DNA of 64,000 nt from an uncultured delta proteobacterium (GTDB taxonomy: Bacteria > Myxococcota_A > UBA9160 > SMWR01), in NCBI GenBank assembly GCA_963832165.1, contig CAWHTE010000003.1, positions 128,001 to 192,000 of the forward strand. Reading direction: 5' to 3'. A program made the translations under genes and the position numbers. The notes under the pieces are model-generated. The model ran no database searches and was not told the origin of the DNA. It worked only from the letters and a program-made list of their open reading frames with translations. Shown here one piece after another: positions 22,208 to 32,126 of this stretch. Every line of letters begins with the position of its first letter. Position 1 is the first letter of the stretch.

Positions 22208-23242
22208 ATGGCTCGGTATGAGGCGGTCACGACGCCTGCGCGCTTCATGCAGCTTCGAAGGCCTTGGGGCGAGCTGTGCCGCGACTCCAATGCGTCGCCG
22301 TTCCAGTCCCACGAATGGTTGGCCGCCAACGTTTCGATCCTGCCGGGCGCTGCGGTACTCGAGGTCGCCACGCTGAGCGTTGCGGATCGCCTCGTGGCGG
22401 CCCTGCCGCTCGTGGTCCATCGGCGACACGGCGTCCGTTTCCTGGAGTTCATCGGGCAGCCCTACAGCGACTACTGCGACGGCATCGGATCGCACGACCA
22501 CGTCGAGTCGTTGTGGGGCTCCGTGATCGGTTCCGGGCGTTTCGATGTCCTCCAGCTGGACAACGTCCGGCCCGACGCCGTTTCGGCACGCGCTCTCGAC
22601 GCGCGGCGCATCGAGCACGCGAGCGGTCAGGTCTGCTATTCGCTGGACGCGCGCGGCCTGACCGGCGACGAGTGGCTGAAGCAGTGCTCTGCGAAGGCCC
22701 GCAACGCCTACACGCGCGGGTGCCGGCGGATCATCGACCAGGGCGGCGACTATTCCTTCGAGATGTTCGACCGGGCGCCGCCGCGGATCGTCGACGCCTT
22801 CCGTTTCTTCCAGAAGGCCTGGTTCGAAGAGCGCGGGCTCCCCTCGACGTTCGTCGACGCATTGCCCGCGTTGCTGGGCGCGTGGCAGGAGAGCGGCGCG
22901 CTTCGCCTGGCGGTGATCCAGAGCGGCGGAGAGATGGTCGCGGCGTCGATCAACATCGCGATGGGCGAGGTGTTGGGCGGCTGGGTCACGACCTACAACC
23001 GCGCCTTTGCGCGCTGTGGCCCCGGCGGCGTGCTCTTGTCCGAGGTCACGCGCTGGGCGTTCGATCACGGCTTCACGCTCTTCGACTACATGCGGGGCGA
23101 GGAGCCCTACAAGGAGCGATCTGCGAACGGAACCCTGGTGCTGCGCCGCTACACCGAGCCCGTGACGATCCGAGGCCGCATCGCGCTTCGCCTACGCGAT
23201 CTGCGCAGGCTCGGCGCCCGCCGATCGTCGAGCGATCACTAA
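22208..23242 (+). CDS. CelD/BcsL-type GNAT acetyltransferase
   Basis: SPFQSHEW, LVAALPL, YSDYCD, GPGGVL and FDYMRGEEPYK. Confidence 0.85.
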   Translation: MARYEAVTTPARFMQLRRPWGELCRDSNASPFQSHEWLAANVSILPGAAVLEVATLSVADRLVAALPLVVHRRHGVRFLEFIGQPYSDYCDGIGSHDHVESLWGSVIGSGRFDVLQLDNVRPDAVSARALDARRIEHASGQVCYSLDARGLTGDEWLKQCSAKARNAYTRGCRRIIDQGGDYSFEMFDRAPPRIVDAFRFFQKAWFEERGLPSTFVDALPALLGAWQESGALRLAVIQSGGEMVAASINIAMGEVLGGWVTTYNRAFARCGPGGVLLSEVTRWAFDHGFTLFDYMRGEEPYKERSANGTLVLRRYTEPVTIRGRIALRLRDLRRLGARRSSSDH

Positions 23243-24753
23243 CCGGCCCGCTCCACCGTCATGTAGAGCTGGTTGTCGCCGCGACGGACCAGGAGCAGCG
23301 CGCGCTTGTCGCTCTTCTCGAGCGCCTTCTGCAGCGCCTTGGCGTCGTTCACCTCGTGGCGCCCGACCTCGAGGATCACGTCGCCGCGCCGGATGCCGGC
23401 TTCGTTCGCGGGGCCGTCCGGATCCACCTGCGTGACGACCACGCCCTTGGTGTCCTCGAGCCCGAGCTGCTGCGCGAGATCGCCCGTGAGGTCCTGCACC
23501 GACATGCCGAACGCGCTCGCGCCACTCTGCGGCGCCGCCGCGGCCGAGGTCATCTGGACCTCCGGCTCGTCGAGCAGCGCGATCTGCGGGCTCAGCCTGA
23601 CGCGTTTGCCGTCGCGGACCACCTCGATCTCGACCTTCTTGTTCACGGGCGTCGACGCGACGATGCGCGGCAGGTCGTCGTAGCTCTCGACCGGATGACC
23701 GTCGAACTCGCGGATCACGTCCATCTTCTCGATGCCCGCCTTCGCGGCGGGGCCGTCCTCGATCACCTTCGATACGAGCGCGCCCTTGGTCTCCTTGAGC
23801 CCGAGCTCCTCGGCGATCTCCGGCGACACGCCCTGGATCACGACGCCGAGCCAGCCGCGCGTCACGTGACCGCTCGCGCGCAGCTGCGGCAGGATCGCCT
23901 TCGCCATGTCGATCGGCACTGCGAAGCCGATCGTGTTGGCGCGCGGGTTGATCGCCGTGTTGATGCCGATCACCTCGCCCGAGAGGTTGAGCAGCGGGCC
24001 GCCCGAGTTGCCCGGGTTGATCGCGGCGTCGGTCTGGATGTAGTCGTCGTAGGCGCCGTGCTCGATGTTGCGGTGCTTCGCCGAGATGATGCCGGCCGTC
24101 ACGGTGTGCTCGAGGCCGAACGGGTTGCCGATCGCCACCACCCATTCGCCCGGTCGCACGCTCTCCGAATCGCCCAGCGGCAGCGCGAACAGCGGATCCT
24201 TCGATTCCACCTTGATCAACCCGATGTCGGTCTTCGGGTCGCGCCCGACCACGGTGGCGTCGAGCTCGCGCCCGTCGTTGAACTTCACCTTGATCTTCTC
24301 GACGTCTTCGATCACGTGATTGTTGGTGACGATGTAGCCATCGGCGGAGATCACGAAGCCCGTGCCGAGGCTCGGCACCAGCTGCTTGCGCTCGCGCGGG
24401 ACGTTCTGCTCGGGCACCTGGAACGGGAAGTTCGGCAAGCCGAAGAACTCCTCGAGCGGGTGGCCCGTGAGCGTCTTCTCGGCGCTGATGTTGACCACGC
24501 CGGGAGAGCTGGCTTCGGCCAGGTCGGCGAACGTGTTCGGGACACCGCGCGGCACGACCGGCTCCTTGCCGGAGCCCTGCTTCCAGAACGGTTCCGCCGA
24601 GCCAGCGTCTTCCTTGCCGGCGTCCTTGCCGAACAGGTCCAGCGCGTGCGCGTCCTTGTCGAGCCAGCTCACGTTCACTTCGAGAGCGCCGCTCGCGAAC
24701 AGCACCGCGGCGACGATCCCGATCACCAGGCCGACCTTCCCGAAAGTCCTCAT
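23239..24753 (-). CDS. degP: HtrA/DegP serine protease, two PDZ domains
   Basis: TNNHV, TDIGL, QTDAAINPGNSGGPL, RGWLGV and two PDZ repeats. Confidence 0.93.
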   Translation of the reverse strand: MRTFGKVGLVIGIVAAVLFASGALEVNVSWLDKDAHALDLFGKDAGKEDAGSAEPFWKQGSGKEPVVPRGVPNTFADLAEASSPGVVNISAEKTLTGHPLEEFFGLPNFPFQVPEQNVPRERKQLVPSLGTGFVISADGYIVTNNHVIEDVEKIKVKFNDGRELDATVVGRDPKTDIGLIKVESKDPLFALPLGDSESVRPGEWVVAIGNPFGLEHTVTAGIISAKHRNIEHGAYDDYIQTDAAINPGNSGGPLLNLSGEVIGINTAINPRANTIGFAVPIDMAKAILPQLRASGHVTRGWLGVVIQGVSPEIAEELGLKETKGALVSKVIEDGPAAKAGIEKMDVIREFDGHPVESYDDLPRIVASTPVNKKVEIEVVRDGKRVRLSPQIALLDEPEVQMTSAAAAPQSGASAFGMSVQDLTGDLAQQLGLEDTKGVVVTQVDPDGPANEAGIRRGDVILEVGRHEVNDAKALQKALEKSDKRALLLVRRGDNQLYMTVERAG

Positions 24754-24849
24754 GACACCTCGCTTTGCGCCTTACGAACGGAGCGGCCGTCCGCAGGGCG
24801 GGGGCACGCCGGCCGGCTCTGTCGGAAGGCCGGGGAAACCGGGGCTTGT

Positions 24850-24875
24850 GACGTCGATACCGGGCCCGGGGTTCA
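24850..24875 (-). promoter_or_regulatory. Candidate ECF-sigma promoter for degP
   Basis: Minus strand reads TGAAC-N17-CGTC, about 97 bp upstream of the degP ATG. Confidence 0.5.
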
Positions 24876-24888
24876 CCCGCCTCTCGTG

Positions 24889-26232
24889 CTACGACGCGAG
24901 CGGCAGTGCCACATGGTATCGGCCACCCCCGCGCGCAACCACGATCAGGGCGCGGGGCAGCCCCTGCAGCGCCAGCACCGCGCGGCGCAGCGCCTCGGGG
25001 TCGGAGAGGGTGCGCCCGCCGATCGCGAGCAGGACATCGCCGGGCCGCAGGCCGATCTGGGCGGCACCGCTGCCCGCGCGCACCGCGCGGACGGCGAAGC
25101 CCCCGCGCGGCGCGGGCTCGAGCGAGAGCCCCAGCAGATCGGATACGAGCGTCGTCACGAAGCCCTCTGGAATCTGCTCTGCGCGCACTGCGACCTTGCG
25201 CGTCTCGCTGTTGCGCACGGTGGTGAGCCGGAGCTCCTGACCCGCGGTCGTGCGCGCGAGGCGTTCGAAGAAGTCGCGCGCCGACTCGAGCGGCTGCCCG
25301 TCCACCTGGGTCACGACGTCGCCGCGCTTCAACCCGGCGCGCTCGCCGGGGCTGTTCGGGCGCACGCGAGTGATGACCGTGCCCCGGGCGCCCGCCGGGA
25401 GCTCGAGCGCGGCGCCGAGGCCCGCGTCGAGATCCTGGAGCTCGAGTCCGAGCCACACCGGCGACACTTCTCCGTGATCGATCAGCTCGCGCACCACGCG
25501 CCGCGCGTCGTCGATCGGGATCGCGAAGCCGATTCCCTGGGCGCGGTTGTAGACCGCGGTGTTGATTGCGACCAGGTGTCCCTCGGCATTGAGCAGCGGT
25601 CCGCCCGAGTTGCCCGGGTTGATCGAGGCATCGGTCTGCAGGAAGCCGTGATAGACGCGCTCGTCCGTGCGCAGCGAGCGCCCCAGCGCGGAGATCACCC
25701 CGGTGGTCACGGTGTGGGATAGGCCGAACGGATTGCCGATCGCGATCACGGGTTCACCCACCATGAGGTCGGCCGACGTGCCGGGCTCGATCCAGGGCAG
25801 CGGCTCCTGGGTGTCCACCTCGAGCACGGCGATGTCGTTGTTCGGATCCGCGCCGATCAGCTTGGCTCCGAACTCGCGGCCGTCGGCGAGGCTCACGCGG
25901 ATGCGCTCCGCGCGCGTGACGACGTGTTCGTTGGTGAGCACGTGGCGCTGCGCGTCGATCAGCACGCCCGAGCCCAGGCTCTGCTCCGCGCGCGGCACGC
26001 GCGGCTCGAAGAAATCCTGGAAGAAGCGATCGAAGAGCGGGTCGCCTGCGAACGGTCGGAACGGGTTTCCCTCCGCCGCGCGCTGCTGGGTGGTGACGTT
26101 GACCACCGCGGGGGCGCTTCGCTCCACCACGCGCACCGTGACCGTGCGCCGCAGGAACGGATCGCCCTCGGCGTGCAGCGGCGCTGCGCGACACCAGAGC
26201 GCCACGAGCAGGCCGACCCAGAACCGTCTCAT
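24889..26232 (-). CDS. HtrA-family serine protease with PDZ domains
   Basis: Signal peptide, TNEHV, NDIAVL, QTDASINPGNSGGPL and WLGL. Confidence 0.92.
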   Translation of the reverse strand: MRRFWVGLLVALWCRAAPLHAEGDPFLRRTVTVRVVERSAPAVVNVTTQQRAAEGNPFRPFAGDPLFDRFFQDFFEPRVPRAEQSLGSGVLIDAQRHVLTNEHVVTRAERIRVSLADGREFGAKLIGADPNNDIAVLEVDTQEPLPWIEPGTSADLMVGEPVIAIGNPFGLSHTVTTGVISALGRSLRTDERVYHGFLQTDASINPGNSGGPLLNAEGHLVAINTAVYNRAQGIGFAIPIDDARRVVRELIDHGEVSPVWLGLELQDLDAGLGAALELPAGARGTVITRVRPNSPGERAGLKRGDVVTQVDGQPLESARDFFERLARTTAGQELRLTTVRNSETRKVAVRAEQIPEGFVTTLVSDLLGLSLEPAPRGGFAVRAVRAGSGAAQIGLRPGDVLLAIGGRTLSDPEALRRAVLALQGLPRALIVVARGGGRYHVALPLAS

Positions 26233-27587
26233 TGCACCGGGGGGCTCACCTGTGAAGCGGCATCCGGCGTCTCTTCGACGTCCGTCGGGCCTGCGCGCGG
26301 CTTGATCAGCACGTACTTGAGCTCGTCGCCGCGGCGCGCCTGCACGAGGAAGCGGTGCTTGATGTCGGTGCTCGCGATCGCACTCCGGAACTCCGCGAGG
26401 TTCGACACCTCCGCGTTCTCGATCTGCACGATCACGTCGCCCATGCGCAGGCCCGCCTCGCTCGCGGGAGAGCCGTTCGCCACGAACGTGACGAAGGCGC
26501 CCACCGGGGAGCTCAGGCGATGGGCGCGCGCGAGGTTCGGCGTGATCTCCTTCACGTGGAATCCGACCGGCGTCTCGACTTCTTCGCCCTCGAGCTTGGG
26601 CTGTTCGCCGATCTCGACCTTGGCGGTTCCGGGCTTTCCAGCGCGCAGGTAGTCGAGCTTCACACCCGTCCCCGGCGCCGAGCCGGCGACCATGCGCTGG
26701 AACGCGCCGAGGTCCTCGTCCTTCTCGGCCTCGATCTCGCGGCCCTCGAAGCTCGTGATCACGTCGCCCGTCTGCAGCCCCGCGCGCTCGGCCGGCGACT
26801 TCGGGACGACCTGGCTGACCAGCACACCCGTCGATTCACCGAGGCCGAGGTGATCCGCGAGCTCGCGGTCGAGCGGCTGCAGCGCGACGCCGAGCCAGCC
26901 GCGCTCGATGCCGCCGTGGTCGAGCTGCGCCATCACTTCGCGCGCGGTGTCGATCGGGATCGTGAAGCCGATGCCGCGCCCCTGTCCGCGCGAGTTGATC
27001 CCGACCACGCGGCCCTCGAGATCGACCAGCGGACCGCCCGACGAACCGCGATCGATCAGCGCGTCGGTCTGGATGAAGTCATTCAAGAGATCTGGGATCT
27101 CGAGATTGCGCCCCTTCGCGGACACGATCCCGAGCGACACCGTGCCGTCGAGTCCATAGGGGTTGCCGATCGCGAGCACCCACTGGCCCACGCGCACGGG
27201 GTGGGGCGAGAACGGTGCGGCGCGGAACGGGTGGCCCGCGTCGGGATCGATGCGCAGCAGTGCGATGTCGGTCTGCCGGTCGGCGCCGATCAGGCGCGCG
27301 GGATACCTGCGCTTCTGGCCGGGCACGGTCACGGTGATCTTCACGGCGTCGTGCACGACGTGCTCGTTGGTGAGGATCGCGCCGTCCGCGGTGACGATCA
27401 GACCCGAGCCGCTCACCTCGTTGCGGCGATCGTCGAACTTGACGATCGCCTGGATGTGAACGACGGATGGGGTCACCGCCTCCGCGACGGCCACGATCCG
27501 CTGCTCGAGATCGCTAGCCGGTGGCGCGGCGGCACAGGCGAACGCGAGCAGCGGGCAGAGCAGGGCGAACGCGACTCGTTCATGCAT
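26229..27587 (-). CDS. HtrA-family serine protease with PDZ domains, variant active-site loop
   Basis: TNEHV, TDIALL, QTDALIDRGSSGGPL and RGWLGV. Confidence 0.9.
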   Translation of the reverse strand: MHERVAFALLCPLLAFACAAAPPASDLEQRIVAVAEAVTPSVVHIQAIVKFDDRRNEVSGSGLIVTADGAILTNEHVVHDAVKITVTVPGQKRRYPARLIGADRQTDIALLRIDPDAGHPFRAAPFSPHPVRVGQWVLAIGNPYGLDGTVSLGIVSAKGRNLEIPDLLNDFIQTDALIDRGSSGGPLVDLEGRVVGINSRGQGRGIGFTIPIDTAREVMAQLDHGGIERGWLGVALQPLDRELADHLGLGESTGVLVSQVVPKSPAERAGLQTGDVITSFEGREIEAEKDEDLGAFQRMVAGSAPGTGVKLDYLRAGKPGTAKVEIGEQPKLEGEEVETPVGFHVKEITPNLARAHRLSSPVGAFVTFVANGSPASEAGLRMGDVIVQIENAEVSNLAEFRSAIASTDIKHRFLVQARRGDELKYVLIKPRAGPTDVEETPDAASQVSPPVQ

Positions 27588-28191
27588 CGAGCGCAGATCG
27601 TAACGCGTGCGCCGCGCGCGCGGGGTCGTCGGCTGCGCCGATCGCTCCGGTCACCGCGATTCCGGCGGCGCCCGCAGCGAGCACCGCGCGCGCATTCGCG
27701 GGCGTGATGCCTCCCTGGGCGAGCACGGGAAGGCGGCTGTGCCGGGCCGCGTGCAGGCCCGCGAGCCCGAGCGGCATGCGCTCGAGCGGCTTCGAAAGCG
27801 GCGCGAAGATCGGCGCGAGGTGGACGTAGTTGGCGGCGGGCACGTCGCCGATCGCAGCGGGGTCGTGCAGCGAGACACCGATCCAGGCCCGAGGTCCCAG
27901 CAGCGCGCGCAATCCCGGCGCGGACAGCGCGTCGAATCCGAGGTGCACCCCGTCGGCGCCGGCCGCGCGCGCGACGTCCGCGCGCCGGTTCACCAGCACG
28001 CGCGCCGTGCGAGCGCTCGCGCGCGCAGCGGCCACCGCTCGATCCGCCGCGGCGAGGAGCGGCGCGGCCTCGATACCGCGGTCGCGCAGCTGGATCCAGT
28101 CCACGCCCGCATCGCACGCGGCGCGCAGGCCCGCCTGACCCCAGCGCTCGACGGTCGCCGCGTCGAGCACCCAACACAGGATGGGAGTCAG
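27580..28191 (-). CDS. thiE: Thiamine phosphate synthase (ThiE/TenI family)
   Basis: [33 protein letters not shown] and GAAGIAV. Start uncertain (CTG 28191 or GTG 28170). Confidence 0.8.
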   Translation of the reverse strand: MTPILCWVLDAATVERWGQAGLRAACDAGVDWIQLRDRGIEAAPLLAAADRAVAAARASARTARVLVNRRADVARAAGADGVHLGFDALSAPGLRALLGPRAWIGVSLHDPAAIGDVPAANYVHLAPIFAPLSKPLERMPLGLAGLHAARHSRLPVLAQGGITPANARAVLAAGAAGIAVTGAIGAADDPARAAHALRSALDA

Positions 28192-28958
28192 AACGTCGCG
28201 AGCCCGTCGAGCGGGCTGGAGGCGTTCGCGTAGAGCCGGCGCGGCATGCGGCCGGCCTCGTAGGCGAGGCGCCCCGCCTCGACGGCGAGCTTCATCGCGC
28301 GGGCCATCTTCTCGGGATCCTTCGCTCCCGCGATCCCCGTGTTCATGAGCACGGCCGCGGCGCCGAGCTCCATCGCCACCGCGGCATCGCTCGCAGTGCC
28401 GACGCCGGCGTCCACGATCACGGGCACCTGGACGCACTCGAGGATGATGCGCAGGTTCGCGGGATTGCGGATCCCGAGCCCCGATCCGATCGGAGCCGCG
28501 AGCGGCATCACCGCTGCGCACCCGAGTGCTTCGAGGCGCTGGCAGGCGACCGGATCGTCGGTGATGTAGGGCAGCACCGTGAAGCCTTCGGCCACGAGGA
28601 CCTTCGCGGCGTCGAGCGTCGCGGCGACGTCGGGGAACAGCGTGCGCTCGTCGCCGATCACCTCGAGCTTGACGAGATCGGTGCCGAGCAGCTCGCGTCC
28701 CAGGCGCGCCGTGGTGATCGCGTCCTCCGCGGTGTAGCAGCCCGCGGTGTTCGGGAGGATCGTGAACCGATCGGGCGAGATCACGTCGAGGAGCCGCGGC
28801 CCCGGACCGTCGAGCTTCGTGCGCCGCAGCGCCACGGTCACCATCTCGGCGCCGCTCGCGATTGCGCAGGCGAGGTTCTGTTCGAACGAGCTGTACTTGC
28901 CGCTGCCGATGATCAGTCGCGAGTCGAACCCGTGGCTGCCGAGCGTGTAGGCGTGCAT
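28188..28958 (-). CDS. thiG: Thiazole synthase
   Basis: [37 protein letters not shown] and VDAGVG. Confidence 0.97.
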   Translation of the reverse strand: MHAYTLGSHGFDSRLIIGSGKYSSFEQNLACAIASGAEMVTVALRRTKLDGPGPRLLDVISPDRFTILPNTAGCYTAEDAITTARLGRELLGTDLVKLEVIGDERTLFPDVAATLDAAKVLVAEGFTVLPYITDDPVACQRLEALGCAAVMPLAAPIGSGLGIRNPANLRIILECVQVPVIVDAGVGTASDAAVAMELGAAAVLMNTGIAGAKDPEKMARAMKLAVEAGRLAYEAGRMPRRLYANASSPLDGLATF

Positions 28959-28959
28959 G

Positions 28960-29184
28960 TCATCCTCCTCCAACCGCCTCGAGGATCTCGACGCGGTCAC
29001 CGTCGCGAAGCTGCCGCAGCGCGCGCTCCGAGCGCGGCACCACCTCGCGCCCGATCGCCACGGCGACGCGGCGTTCGTCGAGGCCGAGCCGTGCGATCAG
29101 CCCGATCACGGTCGTGCCCGCGGGCGCGCGGCTCGGGTCGCCGTTCACCGTGATCGAGAGGGTTGCGAGGGCGGGTTCTGTCAT
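28960..29184 (-). CDS. thiS: Sulfur carrier protein ThiS
   Basis: ITVNG...[13 protein letters not shown] with C-terminal GG, adjacent to thiG. Confidence 0.93.
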   Translation of the reverse strand: MTEPALATLSITVNGDPSRAPAGTTVIGLIARLGLDERRVAVAIGREVVPRSERALRQLRDGDRVEILEAVGGG

Positions 29185-29259
29185 CGCTTCGGCCGCGCTC
29201 CCCGGTACGGGGGACGCGCAGGTCACCGTCGATGATACGCTACGCGGCGCGCGTGCCGA

Positions 29260-30426
29260 GTGCGCGAAGGGGGTGACGCGCTGCGGGGTCTCGGGCCGGC
29301 GGTCGCCGCGATCGATCTGGATGCGCTGCGCGCGAACCATGCCGAGGCGATGCGCCTCGCGGGCGGGCGGCGCGTGATCGCGGTCGTGAAGGCCGATGCG
29401 TACGGTCACGGCGCCGTGCCCGTGGCGCGCGCACTCGTGGCCGCGGGCTGCAGCTCGCTCGCGACCGGGAGCGTCGGCGAGGCGCTGGCACTGCGCGACG
29501 CGGGGATCGAGGTTCCCGTGCTCGTGCTCGCGGGAGTTCGCGACGCCGACGAGGCGGATGCGGCGGTCGGGAGCGCGCTCACCGCGGTGCTGCACGACGC
29601 CGAGGGCCGCGCGCTGCTCGCCGCGGCAGCGCGCCGGCGCGGAGGTGCGCGCGTGCCCGCGCACGTCGAAGTCGATACGGGGATGCGGCGGATGGGTGTG
29701 CCGCTCGCGGAGGCGGAGTCGTTCGCCGCGGACGTCGCAGGCGATCCGGCGCTCGCGCTCGAGGGCGTGATGACGCACCTCGCGCGCGCCGACGAGCCCG
29801 ACCTCGCGCCCACGCGCGAGCAGCTTCGGGCGTTTGCGGATCTGCTCGGCGCGCTGCGCCGGCGCGGCGTCACCCCCGACTGCGTACACGTCGCCAACTC
29901 CGCAGCGCTCGTCGCGCACAAGGAGCTGTCGGGCGAGGGCCCCCCGCAGGACGCGGTGCGGCCGGGCATCCTGCTCTACGGCGTCCAACCCTCTCCGGGG
30001 CGGCGGGCCGAGCTCCTGCCCGTGATGACCCTGCGAGCGCCCGTCATTGCGCTGCGCCGAGTCCGCCGCGGTGAGTCGGTCGGCTACGCGGGGCTCTACC
30101 GCGCGAGCGCCGACACGCGGATCGCGACGATCGGGCTCGGCTACGCCGACGGGGTTTCGGTCGGGTCGAGCGGGCGCGGCAGCGTCTGGCTCGCGGGCGC
30201 GCGCCGGCCGATCGCGGGGCGCGTCTCGATGGATTACGTCGGCGTCGAGGTCGGCGACGCGCCCGTGCGGGTGGGGGACACGGCGATCCTGTTCGGCAGC
30301 GAGACCGCGGGCGGGCCCGCCGTATTGCCGGTGGAAGAGGCGGCGCAGTTCGCCGGAACGCTCTCGTACGAGCTCCTCGTCCGCGTCGGAACGCGCGTGC
30401 GCCGGGAATTTCTCGGCGGTGTTTGA
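29260..30426 (+). CDS. alr: Alanine racemase
   Basis: AVVKADAYGHG, VDTGMRRMG, HVANSA, VRPGILLYG, GYADG and GRVSMD. Confidence 0.96.
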   Translation: MREGGDALRGLGPAVAAIDLDALRANHAEAMRLAGGRRVIAVVKADAYGHGAVPVARALVAAGCSSLATGSVGEALALRDAGIEVPVLVLAGVRDADEADAAVGSALTAVLHDAEGRALLAAAARRRGGARVPAHVEVDTGMRRMGVPLAEAESFAADVAGDPALALEGVMTHLARADEPDLAPTREQLRAFADLLGALRRRGVTPDCVHVANSAALVAHKELSGEGPPQDAVRPGILLYGVQPSPGRRAELLPVMTLRAPVIALRRVRRGESVGYAGLYRASADTRIATIGLGYADGVSVGSSGRGSVWLAGARRPIAGRVSMDYVGVEVGDAPVRVGDTAILFGSETAGGPAVLPVEEAAQFAGTLSYELLVRVGTRVRREFLGGV

Positions 30427-30451
30427 CGCCGTCGTCCACCCTCGGTAAACC
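30423..30451 (+). promoter_or_regulatory. Possible sigma70-type promoter for purH
   Basis: TTGACG-N17-TAAACC. The -10 box is imperfect. Confidence 0.3.
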
Positions 30452-30508
30452 TCCGCGCGACCCCCTCCCAGACCGCCTTTTCCCGCCGCCGAGCGAGGAG
30501 ATGCGTCC

Positions 30509-32125
30509 ATGACTCCCCCTGAGGCCACCACGCGCCCGGTGGCGCGCGCGCTGCTTTCCGTGTCGGACAAGCGCGGTCTGATCGAATTTGCGCGCGGATT
30601 GCGCGAGCTCGGCGTCGAGCTCGTCGGCTCGGGCGGCACTGCGCAGGCGCTGCGAGATGCGGGTCTCGAAGTCGAGGACGTGGAGACGCTCACGGGCAGC
30701 CCCGAGATGCTCGGCGGTCGCGTCAAGACGCTGCACCCGCGGATCCACGGCGGCATCCTCGCGCGCCGCGATCACGCGGGAGACCGCGCCGATCTCGAGA
30801 TGCACGAGCTCCCGGCGATCGATCTCGTGGTCGTGAATCTCTACCCGTTCGAGGCCACGGTCGCGAATCGCGACGTGACACTTGCGCAGGCGATCGAGAA
30901 GATCGACATCGGCGGCCCGTCGATGATCCGCTCCGCGGCCAAGAATCAGGCCTTCGTGGGCGTGGTCGTCGACCCGGACGACTATCCCGCGGTGCTCGCG
31001 GAGCTGCGCACGCACGGCGGCCTCGACGACGCCACGCGCGCGCGTCTCGCGCGCAAGGCGTTCGAGCGCACGGCCCGCTACGACGCCGCGATCCACGCGT
31101 GGCTCGCGCAGGCTTCGCGCAGCGAGCCGAAGGCGAGCGAAGCCCAGGAGGGGGGCGAGGCGCGACCGTGGGGCGATCCGTTCCCGCTCCACATGGGAAT
31201 CGAGCTCGCGCGCTCGGCGACGCTGCGATACGGCGAGAATCCCCACCAGCGCGCGGCGCTCTACGGGCGCTTCTTCGACGTCGCGGAGCCGCTCCACGGC
31301 AAGGAGCTCTCGTTCAACAACATCGTGGACGTGCAGGCGGCGCTCGCGCTGATCGCGGAGTTCTCCCATGCCGATCGCACCGCGGTCGCGATCCTCAAGC
31401 ACAATACACCCTGTGGTGTCGGTCTCGGGAAGACGCCCACCGAGGCCTACCGGCGCGCGTTCGCGACCGATCCCGAGTCGCCGTTCGGCGGCATCATCGT
31501 GGCGAGCCGCCCGTTCGATCTCGCGCTCGCGAGCGCGGTCGACGAGATCTTCACCGAAGTGCTGATCGCGCCCGACTTCGACGACGAGGCGCTCGCGCTG
31601 CTCCAGAAGAAGAAGAACCGGCGCCTCTTGCGCTTCCATCCCGATCGGATCCCCACGGCCGAGCTCGATCTGCGGCGCGTGTTCGGCGGTGTGCTCGTGC
31701 AGGAGCCGGACGGCGTGCTCGAGGACGTCGCGGCCTGTCGCGTGGCCACCCAGCGCAAGCCGACCGAAGAGGAGCTGCGCGCGCTCGCGTTCGGCTGGGC
31801 CGTCGTGAAGCACGTCAAGAGCAACGCGGTGGTATTCGCCTCGGCGCACGGCACGCTCGCGATTGGCGGCGGTGCCACGTCGCGCGTCGACGCGATCCAC
31901 CAGGCGCGCGAGAAGGCCGCGCGGGTGGGCATAGACCTGCGCGGCTCGGCGCTCGCGAGCGACGCGTTCTTCCCGTTCCCCGACGGCCTCGAGGTGGCCG
32001 CTGCCGCCGGTGCCACCGCGTTCGTGCAGCCGGGCGGATCGGTGCGCGACGAAGAGGTGATCGCGGCGGCCGATCGCCTCGGCGCAGCGATGGTCTTCAC
32101 GGGCAAGCGCCACTTCCGGCACTAG
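30509..32125 (+). CDS. purH: Bifunctional AICAR transformylase/IMP cyclohydrolase
   Basis: ALLSVSDK, GRVKTLHP, IDIGGPSMIR, LRYGENPHQ, SDAFFPF and TGKRHFRH. Confidence 0.98.
   Translation: MTPPEATTRPVARALLSVSDKRGLIEFARGLRELGVELVGSGGTAQALRDAGLEVEDVETLTGSPEMLGGRVKTLHPRIHGGILARRDHAGDRADLEMHELPAIDLVVVNLYPFEATVANRDVTLAQAIEKIDIGGPSMIRSAAKNQAFVGVVVDPDDYPAVLAELRTHGGLDDATRARLARKAFERTARYDAAIHAWLAQASRSEPKASEAQEGGEARPWGDPFPLHMGIELARSATLRYGENPHQRAALYGRFFDVAEPLHGKELSFNNIVDVQAALALIAEFSHADRTAVAILKHNTPCGVGLGKTPTEAYRRAFATDPESPFGGIIVASRPFDLALASAVDEIFTEVLIAPDFDDEALALLQKKKNRRLLRFHPDRIPTAELDLRRVFGGVLVQEPDGVLEDVAACRVATQRKPTEEELRALAFGWAVVKHVKSNAVVFASAHGTLAIGGGATSRVDAIHQAREKAARVGIDLRGSALASDAFFPFPDGLEVAAAAGATAFVQPGGSVRDEEVIAAADRLGAAMVFTGKRHFRH
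31111..31144 (+). repeat. GNA-hairpin repeat, copy translated inside purH
   Basis: GGCTTCGCGCAGCGAGCCGAAGGCGAGCGAAGCC with terminal IR GGCTTCGC/GCGAAGCC. The core is identical to 47596-47622. Confidence 0.8.
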
Positions 32126-32126
32126 C

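Noticed and set aside
22264..25722. 1152-aa plus-strand ORF and similar long ORFs (30044-32581, 39524-41425, 52186-54918)
   Set aside because: Shadow frames of clear genes in high-GC DNA. They are Arg/Ala/Pro-rich with no recognisable motifs.
29185..29259. TPP riboswitch upstream of thiS
   Set aside because: The gap is only about 75 bp and has no CUGAGA core. Only a small CCCCG-GTA-CGGGG hairpin is present.
30427..30508. ZTP riboswitch upstream of purH
   Set aside because: The conserved aptamer motifs were not recognisable.
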